A stretch of DNA of 63,786 nucleotides, the filler included, from Welwitschia mirabilis (taxonomy: Eukaryota): the NCBI GenBank assembly GCA_051453625.1. It is 7 parts of one record of this genome, joined end to end, with 100 filler letters (N's around TTAATTAATTAA, not from the genome) between each part and the next. Parts side by side here need not be neighbours in the genome. Positions count along the whole stretch, not along the records: positions 37,043 to 40,631 come from JBOZIK010000001.1; positions 40,732 to 55,685 come from JBOZIK010000001.1; 5 more parts are not named here. One strand, 5' to 3'. A program made the translations under genes and the position numbers. Numbering within the stretch: position 1 is the first letter of the stretch; every line of letters begins with the position of its first letter. Of the stretch, positions 37,114 to 51,301 are shown one piece after another. The notes beneath the pieces were generated by a model that saw only the letters and a list, made by a program, of their open reading frames with translations, was not told the origin of the DNA and searched no databases.

Positions 37114-40100
37114 ATAAATAATGATCATAATCTTTCGTATTTGAGCTAACAACATGATTACCATGATGTCCTACTACACCAGGGTAAAATTTCTTGAGAG
37201 GGACCTTTGAAAGTGTTAGTAGCTGTGGGAACTCCACTAAGGATTTAGTTGGCCATGCTTTATAGGTCCTTACTCCTCTAATAGTGGTTACGCTTACCTC
37301 ATCATGGAAAAATAATTATCACTTAGAGGCTATAGGATCAGTGATGTTCCTAGTATCATCGAAGGCAATACTTATTTCCTAGACTCATTGAGCATACAAT
37401 ATTCCCACATGATCATTTCACTTTTTTGGATTCTAGTATAGTTTTGGGGTAAAAGTAATTAAGTCTATTTTTGAGCAGCTTTTGATCTTATCATTTAATG
37501 ATTGAAAACATTAGTTTATTTGGCACCATTATAATCACTACCTATTTGAGTGATACTGTATGGTATTTTTATTTCATTTCATGCATCATTAATTGAGTAA
37601 TTTTATGATTTCTACTAAGGGAGTTTGTTAAGTTAGAATTTAGGATAGGTATACAATCTTCTTCATCTTCCTGGTCATCTATTTTTATTTTCTTTTCCTT
37701 AGACATTTTACTTGGTATTTAAAAGTCATTTCCATAGTTTTTCATCATAATACTTCGAACTTAATCATTTAGTAGTTTTCTTGTTCTTTTTCCTTTCACT
37801 TGCAGTTTTTAACCATAGGTGTTGACTTTCTTTTAGCATTTCAACTAATGATGCTCTTTTATTTCATAATGATAAATTCTCCCATATGTTATTTTAGCAT
37901 CTTTTTGAGTTTTGACACATCCACTTGCTACTATTAAATCATTTTGAGATTTAACACATTTAAGGATTTTTCTTAGCATTGCCTCTTCCTATTTGGTGCA
38001 TTACCACTACTCTATCTTGACACTCTTTTCTCTACCTCAAGTTCTCCTCTTTTCACGCTTTATTAGTTATTATTTCTTAGTGTTTATTAATCTTTTAAAC
38101 TTCATAATGACTTTTTGTGGCCTTACTATTGTAGTTATTTTATCTTACCTGGACTTCCATTTTTTCTAATATTTCTGAGAGGCCTATCATCAACCTAGTC
38201 ATCTGGATAACAGAGGTGGATGACACTTAAAATATGTTTTTTATCTCTTTCTTTTTATGTTAAGGCAATACAAGACATATTCACATGTGGGGGAACAAGA
38301 CATATTTTTTAAATATTTTTGTGTAAAAATTTTAATTATAGGGGTTATTTTTTAACTTTCATGATACACATATATGATGTGCTAATTTGGTTATGATTTC
38401 ATGTTATTTGTATGATATGCATTAGGGGTGTTATTTAGTAGGACACACACTAAACAGCACTCTGAATATGCACTTTTGAGTTAAGGAGGAACATCTTCCT
38501 TCTTCACCTCCACCTCTGAGCTTCCATATAGACTTCTATATAGTGGCACAAGGAGAGTAATGTTAAAATTATTGTTGTTAATGTATTTACTCTTTTTGTG
38601 TATTGTACTTAAAATATCAATGATTAGTTTATACATAGCACTTTTGAGTTATCACTGTTCTTGATTAAACATGCACATCATTTATTTAAGTTACTATGGT
38701 TATATCTTTTAACGACTTTTTGATATGCCAATCAATTTCTATTTTTTAATGTGCTAAAAATTTTAAGTGGGAGGGCTAATGTAGTTTGTAAGTACTCTGA
38801 TCTTGTTTTTTGATGATCATGATCACAAGCATTTAATTTTTCATTCCAATTTTTGAAGCTTGTCATCCCCACCATCATCCGAACGACATACAAGACGATA
38901 GTATGATCCTACACTATGCCAAGATAATATGTCTAGTTCATCAGATTTTCGTTTTAAATCCTGCATGATAATATTTTTGAACTAAATTCATGTCTCCCAA
39001 GTTACTATTTATCTTAGTTAATTTGGCTCACAATTTATAGTTGTTTGCTTACTTTGTAAGGGACTAACTAAGTACAAGGCTATGTTGCAATGTTAAATTA
39101 TATGTATTTGATGGGGTATTTTGAGTAGTTTTGTAGGACATTTAGATAGGTTTAAGTGAAGTTTTAATGACTATGGAGAGTCAATGGAATGATTGTGTAA
39201 CTATACAATTCTTATCATATTTGAAGGCATTAAAGGCAAATTATAAGGCTTAGCATTCTGAAGAGGAGTGTAATGATCTAAGAGGTTGATTTTACTTAGT
39301 TGGATAATTTAAAAGGATGGCATTCCCATAGTTGTCTGGACGACAGTACTGATCGATAGCACATTAGGAGCTAGCAAGGATGCTGACTTGGACTAGAGCT
39401 GGAAGTTGATGTCATCTTTTATAATATGCCATCGTCTCGATGGTCATCTGGACAATAGTTAGGACAGCATCTATTTTTAAGTAACAGACAAAACTAATTT
39501 TGTAATGGGTCACATGCCCCCTTTGGGTCATTAGGATTTGTTTATCCATTAGGGTTTTGCCTCTAGAAACTTCCATGTAAAATAGGAAATAAATATCCCT
39601 TATCCTCATTTTCACACTATCTTTTGTACCTAACTCTTATGATAGGAGATAAAAGAGTAAGAAATCCATCCGTAGCTACAGAGAGAAGTCTTCCTTGGTG
39701 TTACGCTATGTATCCTCCATTGAGGTGCTGCTGCTTTATAAGTGGATGCTTGGTTTCCATTATGTGCATCTCCTTTATGGTTTATGTTGGTTATAATTTT
39801 ATGATAGCTTTATAATTGATATAGGTCATAAGGGTAACCTTTGATAGATTAATATTATTAGTTTAGATCTTGTATTTTATTATAATTTGCATTTCATAAC
39901 TATAATAGTTGCATTCCATTATATTCTGTTCGATGTGCCTTATTGCCTACATTGATTATGATTTAGTGATAGTATTTCCTGATTAATTTAAATTATAAGG
40001 GTCAATTTTGGTAATAGAGGTCAGTAGTTAAATAGAGCTACTACTTAGAGTATTTTCTGTTGCATCTCATTTATAATCATTGCATGTGCATTTTATTTCT

Positions 40101-40307
40101 ACATTGTTCTTATTTCTTGAACTTAAATAGAAAAAGACCAAAAATACTTTATCAAAATCAATTCTCTAACTTCAAGCCTAGCGCCTTCGATGGATTATGC
40201 AATTTGAGTTGACTACCATGTATACTAGCATTTGGTTTGTGCAAATATTTATGATCAATAGGGTTTTGCCTAAGAACTTAAGGAATGCATAAATATGCAT
40301 TACAACA
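37111..40307 (+). mobile_element. Athila-like gypsy 3' internal region and 3' LTR (39083-40307)
   Basis: Possible GPY/F remnant (PCFIGPY, ~37253-37273), TGTGGGGG-type tracts, and an LTR TGTTGCAATG...TTACAACA homologous to 16997-18226. Confidence 0.7.
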
Positions 40308-41286
40308 ATGACTTAGAGGTGAATGCCTTAAAAGCACTTTTTGATGTTAAGCATCTCACTAAGTAGGTGAGTAAGTAGGAAAATATGATTCCAATGCTTA
40401 AAATAAGCATCTAACCACATCAATACAGTAACAGTATATCATAATACAAACACTAGAATAATAAATAAAACTTTTGTATAGTTATGTTAGCTATAAAAAT
40501 GAAAATGAATCCAAAAACTATCGAACATCTTCTTTTCATTCCTATTTTCCTTTCTATTGCTTTCATCATTGTCTATTTTCCTTTCTAGTTTTTCTATCAT
40601 TTATTTCTTGTATTTCCTCTTTACCCCTAATNNNNNNNNNNNNNNNNNNNNNNNNNNNNNNNNNNNNNNNNNNNNTTAATTAATTAANNNNNNNNNNNNN
40701 NNNNNNNNNNNNNNNNNNNNNNNNNNNNNNNAAGGTATTATTATATAAATTTAATTAGATTTAATGAATTCATTAAGTTATTCTTTCATGATAATCTTGT
40801 AAAACATTTATCTATGGAATATTCAAGATCAAGAAAGAAAAAAAAGTTTAAAAAAATTTAATTGATTTTGAGCTTTTTCCAATGTTATTGCTTTTTCTGC
40901 TCCAATTGTTTTTTTTTGTTTTAGTATTTTTAATTTACCCTTTGGGCCAGTCTGGTTGGTTTTTTGAGCTTTTTTCAATTGATCTCCTACAAATGGTATC
41001 AAAGCCAAGTTGACATCCACGCTTAACGGCATTCCCTTCTGATCCTGCAAAGGATAGACTCTCCTTGTATTCAGATCAATTTCTAAGACCTCAAAGCCTA
41101 CAAACCAATCATTTCTGTTGAGAAACTTGCGATTTCTGTGGCGCACCTGAACAATAGGCGACAGCGACAATAACGATGTTTTGGATGGAGAGATCTTGAA
41201 AGATTGACAAAACTCAACACCACATTCAGATCCTCGTAGTCTCATCCCCTGTGCATTAGAAACCCTACCCTTTCCCTCCGTCTGTA

Positions 41287-41505
41287 ATGAACATTGACTC
41301 GCATGGCAACAACACTTCGGCCTACAGCAATGACCAGTAGTATGAGGATGAAGGAGAACAGACGAAGTCGATCTCTGCATTGCGTGTGAAGCGCATCCAT
41401 CCACCGGACGATACCGACGATGGATCACCTCTGGCCAGGAAGAAGGCAGAGAATGCCCCTGGCGAGTCCAAGAAGTCTCCCGACGGACTCCGCACGACGA
41501 AATGA
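41287..41505 (+). pseudogene. Captured 5' end of an unidentified host gene
   Basis: A telo-box AAACCCTA and pyrimidine-rich leader precede ATG. Translates MNIDSHGNNTSAYSNDQ*YEDEGEQTKSISALRVKRIHPPDDTDDGSPLARKKAENAPGESKK. CpG-rich. Confidence 0.5.
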
Positions 41506-41731
41506 TTTTTCCAAAGTTTCTTATCACCTGCGCCTCTGGTGGAAAAGCGCAAATGGTGTCGTTCTGTGAGTACACGCACAAAGCGCTTCTGGAGATAAGC
41601 AACAACCAGGTTTATAACAAGGATGCGTCAAATGAGGTCGCACTTTTGGCAAATCTAGAAACAGCTATGGGAATTTCAAATGATCGTTTTCTGTTTCGGT
41701 CACCTCACAAGGCCAAGATCCGTGCGATTTG

Positions 41732-41845
41732 GAAGCAGATCTGCAAGACTTGTTTGAAGCCAAAACCCGTGTTGGAAATCTGTTAGTGCCTTGTGGTGCA
41801 TTGATTACTACAGGAATAGTGACAGTGGGTCTTATCATTTTCAGG
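41732..41845 (+). pseudogene. HIG1-domain (hypoxia-induced gene / RCF1-like) N-terminal fragment
   Basis: EADLQDLFEAKTRVGNLLVPCGALITTGIVTVGLIIFR versus recalled plant HIG1 EPDMEDLFQEKKRVRNPLVPLGALMTAGVLTAGLISFR. Confidence 0.85.
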
Positions 41846-43639
41846 GACGAGGATTCTACTGCATCTTTTTGCTACTCCTAGACTAATGAGAAACAAGCTC
41901 TAATTTACACAAAAAGAAATCTTAATGTGCTTTTTTCTTTTACTTTATAATCTTATAAAGTTTTTTAAGGTGGGAAGGTTAAATATATTAACCATGTGAC
42001 TTATTAATCTAGGTTAGGGGCTTGTCGTAACTAGATAATTTGTTTGATGCAATTTTATATGAAGGTAATGGTATGGGGAGTGGTATGGGACATGTCTCAT
42101 AGTCCCTTGTAATTTTGGGTTTGTTTCTTTCTTGGGTCTATCCCATTTGAAGTGTTGGGTGTGTCTCATGGTTTCAAGCAAGGTATGTAGATTACTTAAG
42201 GAGACCACTCAAAGGATGTCTTATTTGAAGTTGCACAGGATGAAGGGTGTAAATTCATCTAGGAAGATCACTCAAAGGAAATATTCCCTAAAGTTGCACA
42301 TTTTAGTAAACCATCTTCAGTATTTCGGTGGCTATTGACAGTCTTAAGATTTTGGTGCTATTGTGTGCTATCATCAGTTTTTGTGGTTTTTCATAATTAT
42401 CATGTTAAGACTTCTACAAGTCTTAACATGAAGAAGGGGTTTGTTGAAAATCTTCTTTTCATTCCTATTTTCCCTCTTGTTGCTTTCATATTGTCTATTT
42501 TCCTTTCTAGTTTTTCTATCGTTTGTTCCTGTATTTCCTTTTTACCCCTCATTTCCTTCCAAAATTCCCTTAGTCTTTTCTATTTTCAAGAAGTATTATT
42601 GTATAAATTTAATTAGGTTTAATGAATTCGTTGAGCTATTCTTTCACAATAATCTTGTATGCTCCTTATGGGTGCTCCCCCAGCTTCTTATTGTGCCAAA
42701 AGGATCTTTCGATTCTAAAAAAACACTATATCAGTAATTTGAAAAAAGAATTTTATCATATTTATAAAATAAACTATTAATAAAACAACCCTAGGGAAAT
42801 GTGAAAAATAGAAATAATATGAGAGTTTTGACAAGTTCAAGAAGAAGAAGAGGTTAAAAGATAATAGAATAAGAACAAAGATGAGAACTTTAATTGAAAT
42901 AGTTAAATAAACTTTGTAATTCAATACTTTAAAAGTGCTAATGACAATATTAGTGGTTTAGTTTAGGTTTAATTGTATTAAACACATTACTAAGAGCCAC
43001 CATATATCATTCAACAAATATATTAAATATTTTAAAAAAGATAAATTTTCTAATAATAAAATAATTTATAATAAAGTAATGAAAAATATCAAGTTTTATA
43101 TTAACAAAACTTTATTCATAATATATGATGTATTTTATTCCTTATAGTTTCATTATAACTTTTTTTCACATGAATGCTATAAAATAAATATTATGTCATT
43201 TAAAAGGGGTACTAATGTTAAGGGTATGCATAATATCTTTATAAAAAGTACTAGCATGAAACTTTTAGCTGTTAAAAGATTTGATGAACTGTATATGATT
43301 TACTTCAAAGTAGTTATGATATTACCAATAACGAATACCACTATGAAATGTGGCACCAATGACATTTTCATGTATACTTACAATATATTGAAAACATTTA
43401 TAAGTTATTCTAAGCATCTAAATGCTTGGAACATGTAGAAAAGGGAAAGTAGAGAAAACTTTAGTTTAGGAGATCTATGGTATAATGAAACTATTAAATA
43501 TAACTCATTATAACCCAAAAATATATTGAAGATTTTGATGCAGAAGCATCAAAATAGGATTTTAAAATATAACATAAAATGGAGTACATATAGAAAATTT
43601 AGATCTATAAAAACCTTATACACAAGTTTTCATTAATGA

Positions 43640-43870
43640 CCTTATAATAGCACTACATTATCACCTCCCTAAAAGAATTTGCAAAAGATCACTACCCATT
43701 CCCCAAAACATCTTTTATGACAAATGAATGTTTGATTGTTAAAAAGAAGATACTCTTCAATTCTTTACTAGGATATTTTATCATATCAATGTAAGGTTCC
43801 CTTCCCTAAATTACTTGAGCTACATGGGCATCTATGTTATAATGGTCCCTAAATCCAAAGTGTTTTTCCA
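43640..43870 (-). pseudogene. Possible MULE-associated OTU-like domain remnant
   Basis: SIFFLTIKHSFVIKDVLGNG**SFANS resembles the I.DV.GDG.C.FRA motif. Degenerate. Confidence 0.35.
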
Positions 43871-45210
43871 AAAGAAACAAAAACTAAATAGAAAATAAGA
43901 AAAGAAATATATCTCTCTTATTTCTATTGTTATATTACATTATTCCCTCATGAATGTAAGATTAACAAAAAAACTTTCTGGGTGGTTACTGTTAAGTTAT
44001 AATTTTACCATGTTGATGTCAAACTAATATTTTCTGGTATGGCAAAATATGTTATATTTTTTGGAGAAAATATTAATCCTTGCAAGTCAAAATCAATAAA
44101 CATTTTTCATTGGCTATGCTTGAACTTGACAAGTCACAGACCCTTAAAGGGGTCAACTATATTCTTAAGGGTTAACTACGCCTATACAAAAAAATTTTAC
44201 ATATTTTCATTAAGGGATCGACTAGAGGTTTGAGGGTTGATCGGAGCTGGGCTAAAAATGTTTTTAACTATTTATCATATGAGGTCAACCAAACTAAAAT
44301 GCAGTCAACTGGACCTAGACATATACAATCAACTAGATCTAGATATATGTAGTCGTTCAGATCCCTAATGGGGTCAATTAGACTTGAAAACATGAATAAC
44401 CTAGGTCAACTGGAAGAAGATAGGATCGACCAACTTTAGTGACGGCACTCAATGGGGTCGATCGAATATTTCAAGAGTCGACTAGTTGTGATAGAAACAA
44501 AATTTCACAGTCTATTTTATAGTTGTTGCCTTGTTATTTTTGTCTATTGGAATATCACATCTACTTGCAAAACCCTAAAATCTATCTTCTATATAAATTT
44601 CAGCTGTCAAAATCATGGGATATTCTTTTTAACTTACCAAAAATCGAAAAAGCATCTTTTCATTATCAATTCTTTAGTTAATCAATTTGCATTATACATA
44701 CTTGGATTTATGACATCATTTTTAGATAATGTTGTGCTATCTTTGCTATACTTTAGATCTGGTAAAGCTTATGCATCATAACACATTATTAACACTAAAA
44801 AGCGTTTTCTCTAAAGATTGAAACTGAGACTTTAAAAGTCTAATTATAAAAGGTTATAGGTGAACGTAAGATAGTTGAAAAGTAAGTAACAAGGATCTAA
44901 ATTAGCCTTAGGTAGAAGCTGATTGCTAAGGGTAGAATAGAGGATTTCCCAAACCACTATAAATCATGTGTCTGACAATCTCCATTGGTATTTTTTTAGT
45001 TTCAGTCATTTTTCTTTCAGATCATTTTATTATTTTATATGCACAAATATTTTTCAATATTCAATACTTTGTGAAGATAATTTTTATTTAATTTATTTTT
45101 AAATCCTATTCACCTCTCCCTCCCAAAGGATTCTAGATCCAATGTTTACTATCAGAGCATGGTTGAGTCATTTGTAGATCCTAACAGATCTTGACTCCTG
45201 AACCCTAGTT

Positions 45211-48200
45211 ATGAGTAATGATACTGATGGCCTCTCTACCGGAAGACCACCCATGTTCAATGGGACTAACTATGCTTACTAAAAGGCAAGAATGAGAATC
45301 TTTCTTACATACTTAGACATAGACATAGAGGAGATTATCTACAATAGATATGTGGTGCCTACACTATCCAAAACTAATAGTAATGGAACCACCATTGTGA
45401 TGAGAGATCTTGAGACCAATGGACCCGTACCGATAAAGCCAAGGCAACCTTAGATGTCCATGCTCTTAATGATATTTTTTGTGTAGTTTATACAAATGAA
45501 TTTAAGAGGATTATGAACTGCGAACATGCTAAGAAAGCTTGGGATCTACTTGAAATCGCACATGAAGGAAGATCTAATATAAAATAGGTAAAGCTATAGA
45601 TGCTTATCTCTAAGTTTAAAGATATTTGCATGGAAGAAGAAGAGACTCTACATGAGTTCTTTATTAGATTGACAGATATAGTAAACTCTATGGCAAGTCT
45701 AGGTAAGAAAATAAACAAATAAAAAGTAGTACGAAATGTTCTAAGATCTCTTCTAAAACACTTTAAGCCAAAGGTCACAGCTATAGAGGAAAGCAAGAAC
45801 ATCAATCGAATGGCACTATAGGAAATAAAAGGTAATTTTCAAACTTATGAGTTAAAGTTTTCTAAATATAAACAGAAAAGTCTTACACTGAAAAGAATGC
45901 AGGAAGAGTCCAGATTTGAAAAATCAGATGAAGACCTTGATGAATATGAGGTTACGCTTTTGGCAAGAAGATTTAAAAATTTCTTGCACAAAAGAAAGAG
46001 AGATGGTAAATCAAATAAGGGATCAAATAGGGGTAATTTCTAACTAAGAAAAGATGTAGAAAAAGGAAAGGAAATTTAGTGCTATGCATGTAAAGGATAT
46101 GGACATGTTGCAAACAAACGTCCAAATAATATAAAAGATTAAAGAAACTCCAAGACATCATCCTTTATCATTGTCTGGAATAATGTAGATGAAGAAGAAG
46201 AAAATAGCTCAAGTCAAGATTCAGATGAAGACAGAAGACTTTTGTTCATGGAAATAGTTCCTCCCATGAAGAACATGCCTTGCTCAACTAAACTAGATGA
46301 CCTAAAACTTATTGAAGAATGTCAAAAGAAGCTAGAAGATACTTACTAAGAACTCTTTTCACAATGTGAAAAATTAGCAAAATGGATCAATGGGTTAAAC
46401 AAGTTAGTAAAGTCTCTAAATAAGAAAAAGGAAGATTTAGAGCCAAAGTATAGGATGGTTCAAACAGAAAGTACTAAGCTAACTCAAGAATTAAAAATCT
46501 TATCTCATTTTCTAAATAAATTTTCAAATATTTTAAGTAAATTGGAGCAAATTCTTAAAATACGAAGACCAGTTCATAACAAAAGGTTAATGGCTTCATC
46601 TCTTAAAAACCATGCAATTAGTTAAATAAGGTAACATGTTAAAATAACTCTATGTCAAAGATTACTTATCATTTTTCTAGAAAGATAGATCATTCAAAAT
46701 TATTTTGCAATGTTAGAAAGACAATGCTCTTTTTAAGCTCTATTAGTAATTTTCCATTTAAATTTGTTTTAAGAGGATGTATACCACAATAGTCCAAATG
46801 GACTAAGTGGATAAGGGCTAAAAATTTGAAAATTTTATTGATCCAAACAACCTTTACAGTATCAAATGAAACTTGCTAGTACTTGGATAGTAGTTTTTCT
46901 TAATACATGACAAGTGACAAATCAAGATTCCAACATTTGGATGAATTTGATAGAGAAGAAGTAACATTTGATGATAATGAAAAGCAAAAATTAAAGGCAT
47001 TGAAAGCATTGGTGGAGGTAACATGCCTAAAAGTAATGAAGTTTTATATGTTAGTGGTCTTAAACGTAGTTTGTTGAGTATTAGTTATATTTGTGATAAA
47101 GGTCATAAAGTTATTTTTTATAGTCAAAAGTATGAAGTTATACATGATAAAGTAAATGGTATTCTTCTTAAAGCAAATAGAATAGATAACATTTATAGCA
47201 TTTATTAATCTTTATCTAGTTGTTATTTTTCTTATATAAATCAAGAAGGACTATGGAACCAATGGTTAGGATATGTAAACTATGATCAACTTAAAATACT
47301 CATCAAAAAGGAAATCTTGAAAGGGATTCCTAAAATCAATGTTGATAAACATGGGTTATGTGATGCTTGTCAAAACGAAAAGAAATTAGAACCCCCCAAT
47401 AAAAGTAAAAACTGAGTTTCCACATTTATGCCTCTTGAGCTTATTAATATGGACTTGGTATATCATTCTCAAACCAAGAGCCTAGTAGGAAAACAATATT
47501 TTTTTTGGTAATAATTGATGACTATTCTAGATTTAGTTGGATTATCTTCTTATAAAACAAAGTTAAAACGTTTAAGAGATTTATTGAAATTTGCAACCAA
47601 ATTTAGAATGAAAAAGAGTACTTTATCAAACGAATTAGAAGTGATCATGGAGGTGAATTTGAAGACCATCATTTTAAAAAATATTTTGTGGACAATGGGA
47701 TTGAGCATGAATTTTCAGTATCAAAAACTCCACAACAAAATGGGGTAGCTGAAAAGAAAAGTAGAGTTCTCCAAGAGGTGGCAAGAACAATGCTAAATGA
47801 TAAGGAGGTTCTAAGAACTTTTTGGGTTGAAGCAGTAAGTACTGCATGCTATATCATCAATAGAGTTTATCTTATACCTAGTATGGATAAGACTTTCTAT
47901 GAGCTCTAGAAAGGAAGAAAATCAAATATATCTTATTTTAAAGTCTTTGAAAGTAAATGTTTTATTTTAAAAGATAGAGAAAATTTATGTAAATTTGAGT
48001 CTAAACTAGATGAAGCAATTTTCCTTGGGTACTCCACTAATAGTAGATCTTATAGAGTCTTCAACAAAGAAATCTTAACAAGGTGAAAATCTATAAATGT
48101 GTAAATTAATAATACTGGTTCACACCATTGTCTATAAGTGATGAAGAAAATCTCTTACAAATTTACACATATGACAAGGAATATACAAAAAGAAAAGAAA

Positions 48201-49869
48201 ATGAAAAACACAAGAATTAGATACAAAACATTTCTAAGAATTAAAGGATGATCCTCTTGATTTAGTTATTGGAGATGTAAATTTGATTATACACACTAGA
48301 CACTCACTTAAAAATGTTTTTATCCATGTATTCTATGTGTCTTAAGTTGGAATGATGAACTATGAGGAGGATGAAATTCATAAAAAATGGATAATGATAA
48401 TGCAAGAGGAGTTATAGCAATTTAAAAGAAATAATGTTTGGAAGCTAGTTGAAAGACCTAAGGATGATTGGAATAAAATGGATATTTAAGAATAAATGTA
48501 TTAAACACAATAATGTGATCAAGAATAAGGCAAGACTAGTGGCTCAAAGATACAATCAGATTGAAGGAATCAATGTAAGCATTACCTTTGCTCCTATGAC
48601 CAGGTTAGACAGCATTAGAATGTTTCTTTCATTTGCAACTTTTAAAAATTTAAAGTTTTCCAAATGGACGTAAAAAATGCTTTTTAAATGATGTGCTTAA
48701 TAAAAAGGTGTATGTGGAGCAATCTAGAGTCTTTATAGGTTTTCATAAATCAAACCATCTCTATGGATTTAAAAAGGCTTTATGTGGATTAAAATAAGGC
48801 CCTAGGACATGGTATGAAAAATTAACAACCTTTTCTTGAAGATAGTGGTTATAGTTAAGGATCTATAGCTAAAACTCTCTTCATGAGGCAATTTGAATAA
48901 TACTTTGTCATTATTCAGATATATGTTAATGATAGAATTTTTGGAGCTTCAAAGGACAAATTAACAAAAGAGTTTACTAATATCATGATAAAACACTTTA
49001 AGATGATCATGATAAGAGAAGTGAGTATGTTTCTTGGGTTGTAAATTAGACAAACCAATCAAAGAATCTTCATTTTCTAATCAAATATGCTAAGGACTTA
49101 GTGAAACATTTTAGGCTTAAGAATGTAAAATCAACTACCACTCCATATCAACATCATGTAAAATTAATCTTGACAATGAAGAAAAATCAATTGATTAAAA
49201 ACTTTATAGGAGTATGATAGGAAGTTTATTATATTTAACAGCTAGTAGACCTGATATAATGTTTAGTGTAGATGTTTGCACAAGATATTAGAAAAATCCC
49301 AAAGAATCACACTTTTAAGATGTAAAAAGAATCATAAGATAAATAAAAACTACTAGTGATTATGAGTTGTTATATTCTGAAGAAACATCTTTTGATCTTA
49401 TAGGATCTAGTGAGGTAGACTGCGCTAGATGTAAGAACAATAAAAAAAGTACAAGTGGAAATTGTTTCTTCCTTAGTGCTTGTTTGATAGATTGGACAAG
49501 TAAGAAATAAAATTTCATTTTTCGCTCCAATGCTGAAGCAGAATATGTTACAGCAGGAAGCTATTATACCCATCTTTTGTAGATGATGAAAATACTAAAA
49601 TACTTTGTATTTAACTATGACTAGGTACCCATTTTTCATAATAATACGAGTGCAATTAACATATCAAAAAATCCTATTTAACATTCTCATACTGAACATA
49701 TCGAACTTAGACATCATTTTCTTAAAGATCAGGTTAACAAAGGAAATATTACTATGAATTTTGTAAACATTGATCAACAACTAGCTGATATCTTTATGAA
49801 GCCCTGAGCTTTAATAAATTTTTGAATCTTCAATGCAAACTAGAGGTTCTGTCACTATCCTTTGACTAA
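45211..49869 (+). pseudogene. Disrupted gag-pol (gag, protease, integrase, RT, RNase H)
   Basis: MSNDTDGLSTGRPPMFNGTNYAY; integrase RIRSDHGGEF and TPQQNGVAEK; RT KWIFKNK..KARLVAQ; RNase H QLADIF. Many stops and frameshifts. Confidence 0.95.
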
Positions 49870-50276
49870 AAGTAGGGCAATCAACTAAAGTTTCAATCTG
49901 GTCGACTAGATCTGGAGAAGTTGGATAGATTGGATTTTAACTCGGTTGCCCAAACTTGTTTAGATGAATCTTACTTAAAGTTAGGTCAACTAGAATGAAG
50001 TTCTAATTAACCAAATCTGAACAAGAAAAGACTTGCATCTCGATGGGTCGATCGAACTTAAATTTGGTTGACCAAACCTAGAGAAGTAATAGCTACAGAA
50101 AGGTGGTGGACATAAATTTTTTATCAAATCTAACTTACTTTGCCCCCTTTATAAAAGCTTTTGAAACCCTATCTTGTTCATTCACACCTTTCTCCCACCC
50201 GCCTCTCTCATTTTTTATCTGCTTCCTTCATGTTCTTCATATATTTAGTAAGTACCATGTTACAAGCATGGTAGAG

Positions 50277-51301
50277 TAGCCATTAAGGAGATCAAGGTAA
50301 AAAGTACCCACTAATAGAGATCCATCTTATTTTATTAAGGCATGTCAGAAAAAGGCATTGAAAGGTTTACTGCAAAGTTTGAAAAGAAGCCTACCTTTCA
50401 AGAATGCCTAGTTACCTCTAGTGAGTTGAGGGAGATTCATGATGTTGTAAGACTTCTAAGTGATCTAGATATTTCTTATTTTCTCGATGTATCTAGCTCT
50501 GCTTATTCTTTTTTTACTTGAATGTCTTATACAATTCCACTTATAATGCTAACTCCTCCACCCTTTGCACACTTGTATTAGAAAAGAGAATGAGTATTAT
50601 CCTAGATTTGATCTCTTCAGTTACAAATTCCCCAAAGGAAACTATGGAGAGTTTTGGCCTTTAGGAGACTCCATGGAGGACAAGGATGAAGTTACTTGTA
50701 AGCTCAGTAGAAAGTTTATCTAGTGGAAAACTACTCTTTCCAATTCCTAAATTATTCCAAAGTACTACTTTTTACACCTTCTTTTTACTTACAAATATTT
50801 TACTGCTTATTGGTCATCATGATAAGACCTTAAACTATAAAGAATATCTCTTGTATTTGGTAGAAACTTATCATATCATTAATGCTCTTGCCATTATCCT
50901 TAAGAATATGGTGTCTCAGCTTGAATATTATAAGAATGGAGATCTCCCTTATTCCATTTTTCTTTCAAAGATTTATTAGCACTTCAGAGTTTAGTTTTAT
51001 TCTCAGCTTAAAACTTTGACTCTCATGTCTTCTATAGGTTATGATACTCTTTCATGAATGCATATATTTTCTAGATTTAAATCCTCTAAATCTCCTTTTT
51101 CAAAGACGGTCTCTCCCAATAAAAACCTATCATATCTCAAAAAATTAGATTCATGAAAAAAGCTCTTATTATGGTTGACTATCAGATCGCAAATAGCTCA
51201 AAAGAAGCTAGTAGTCGTTAGGAAAAAGAGATAAAAAGGAAGAAGAAGAAGAGGACTCAGAATCAGAAGAAGAATTTGATAAAGAAGAAGAATCAAATTA
51301 G
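50277..51301 (+). pseudogene. Env-like extra ORF of the Sirevirus, disrupted
   Basis: Lies after pol and a pyrimidine-rich leader. ERFTAKFEKKPTFQECLVTSSELREIHDVVRLLSDLDISYFLDVSSSAY...GDLPYSIFLSKIY, with an acidic tail. Confidence 0.75.

Larger units (their letters stand above)
40519..42659 (+). mobile_element. Non-autonomous LTR retroelement (TRIM/LARD-like) carrying captured host-gene fragments
   Basis: 5' LTR 40519-40991 ending CTACA. PBS TGGTATCAAAGCC at 40994-41006. PPT ATGAAGAAGGGGT at 42428-42440. 3' LTR starts TGTTGAAAATCTTC at 42442 and matches the 5' LTR until truncated at ~42659. No gag/pol inside. Confidence 0.88.

Noticed and set aside
41502-41786. 94-aa ORF as a real gene
   Set aside because: It crosses fragment junctions and reads the HIG1 fragment out of frame.
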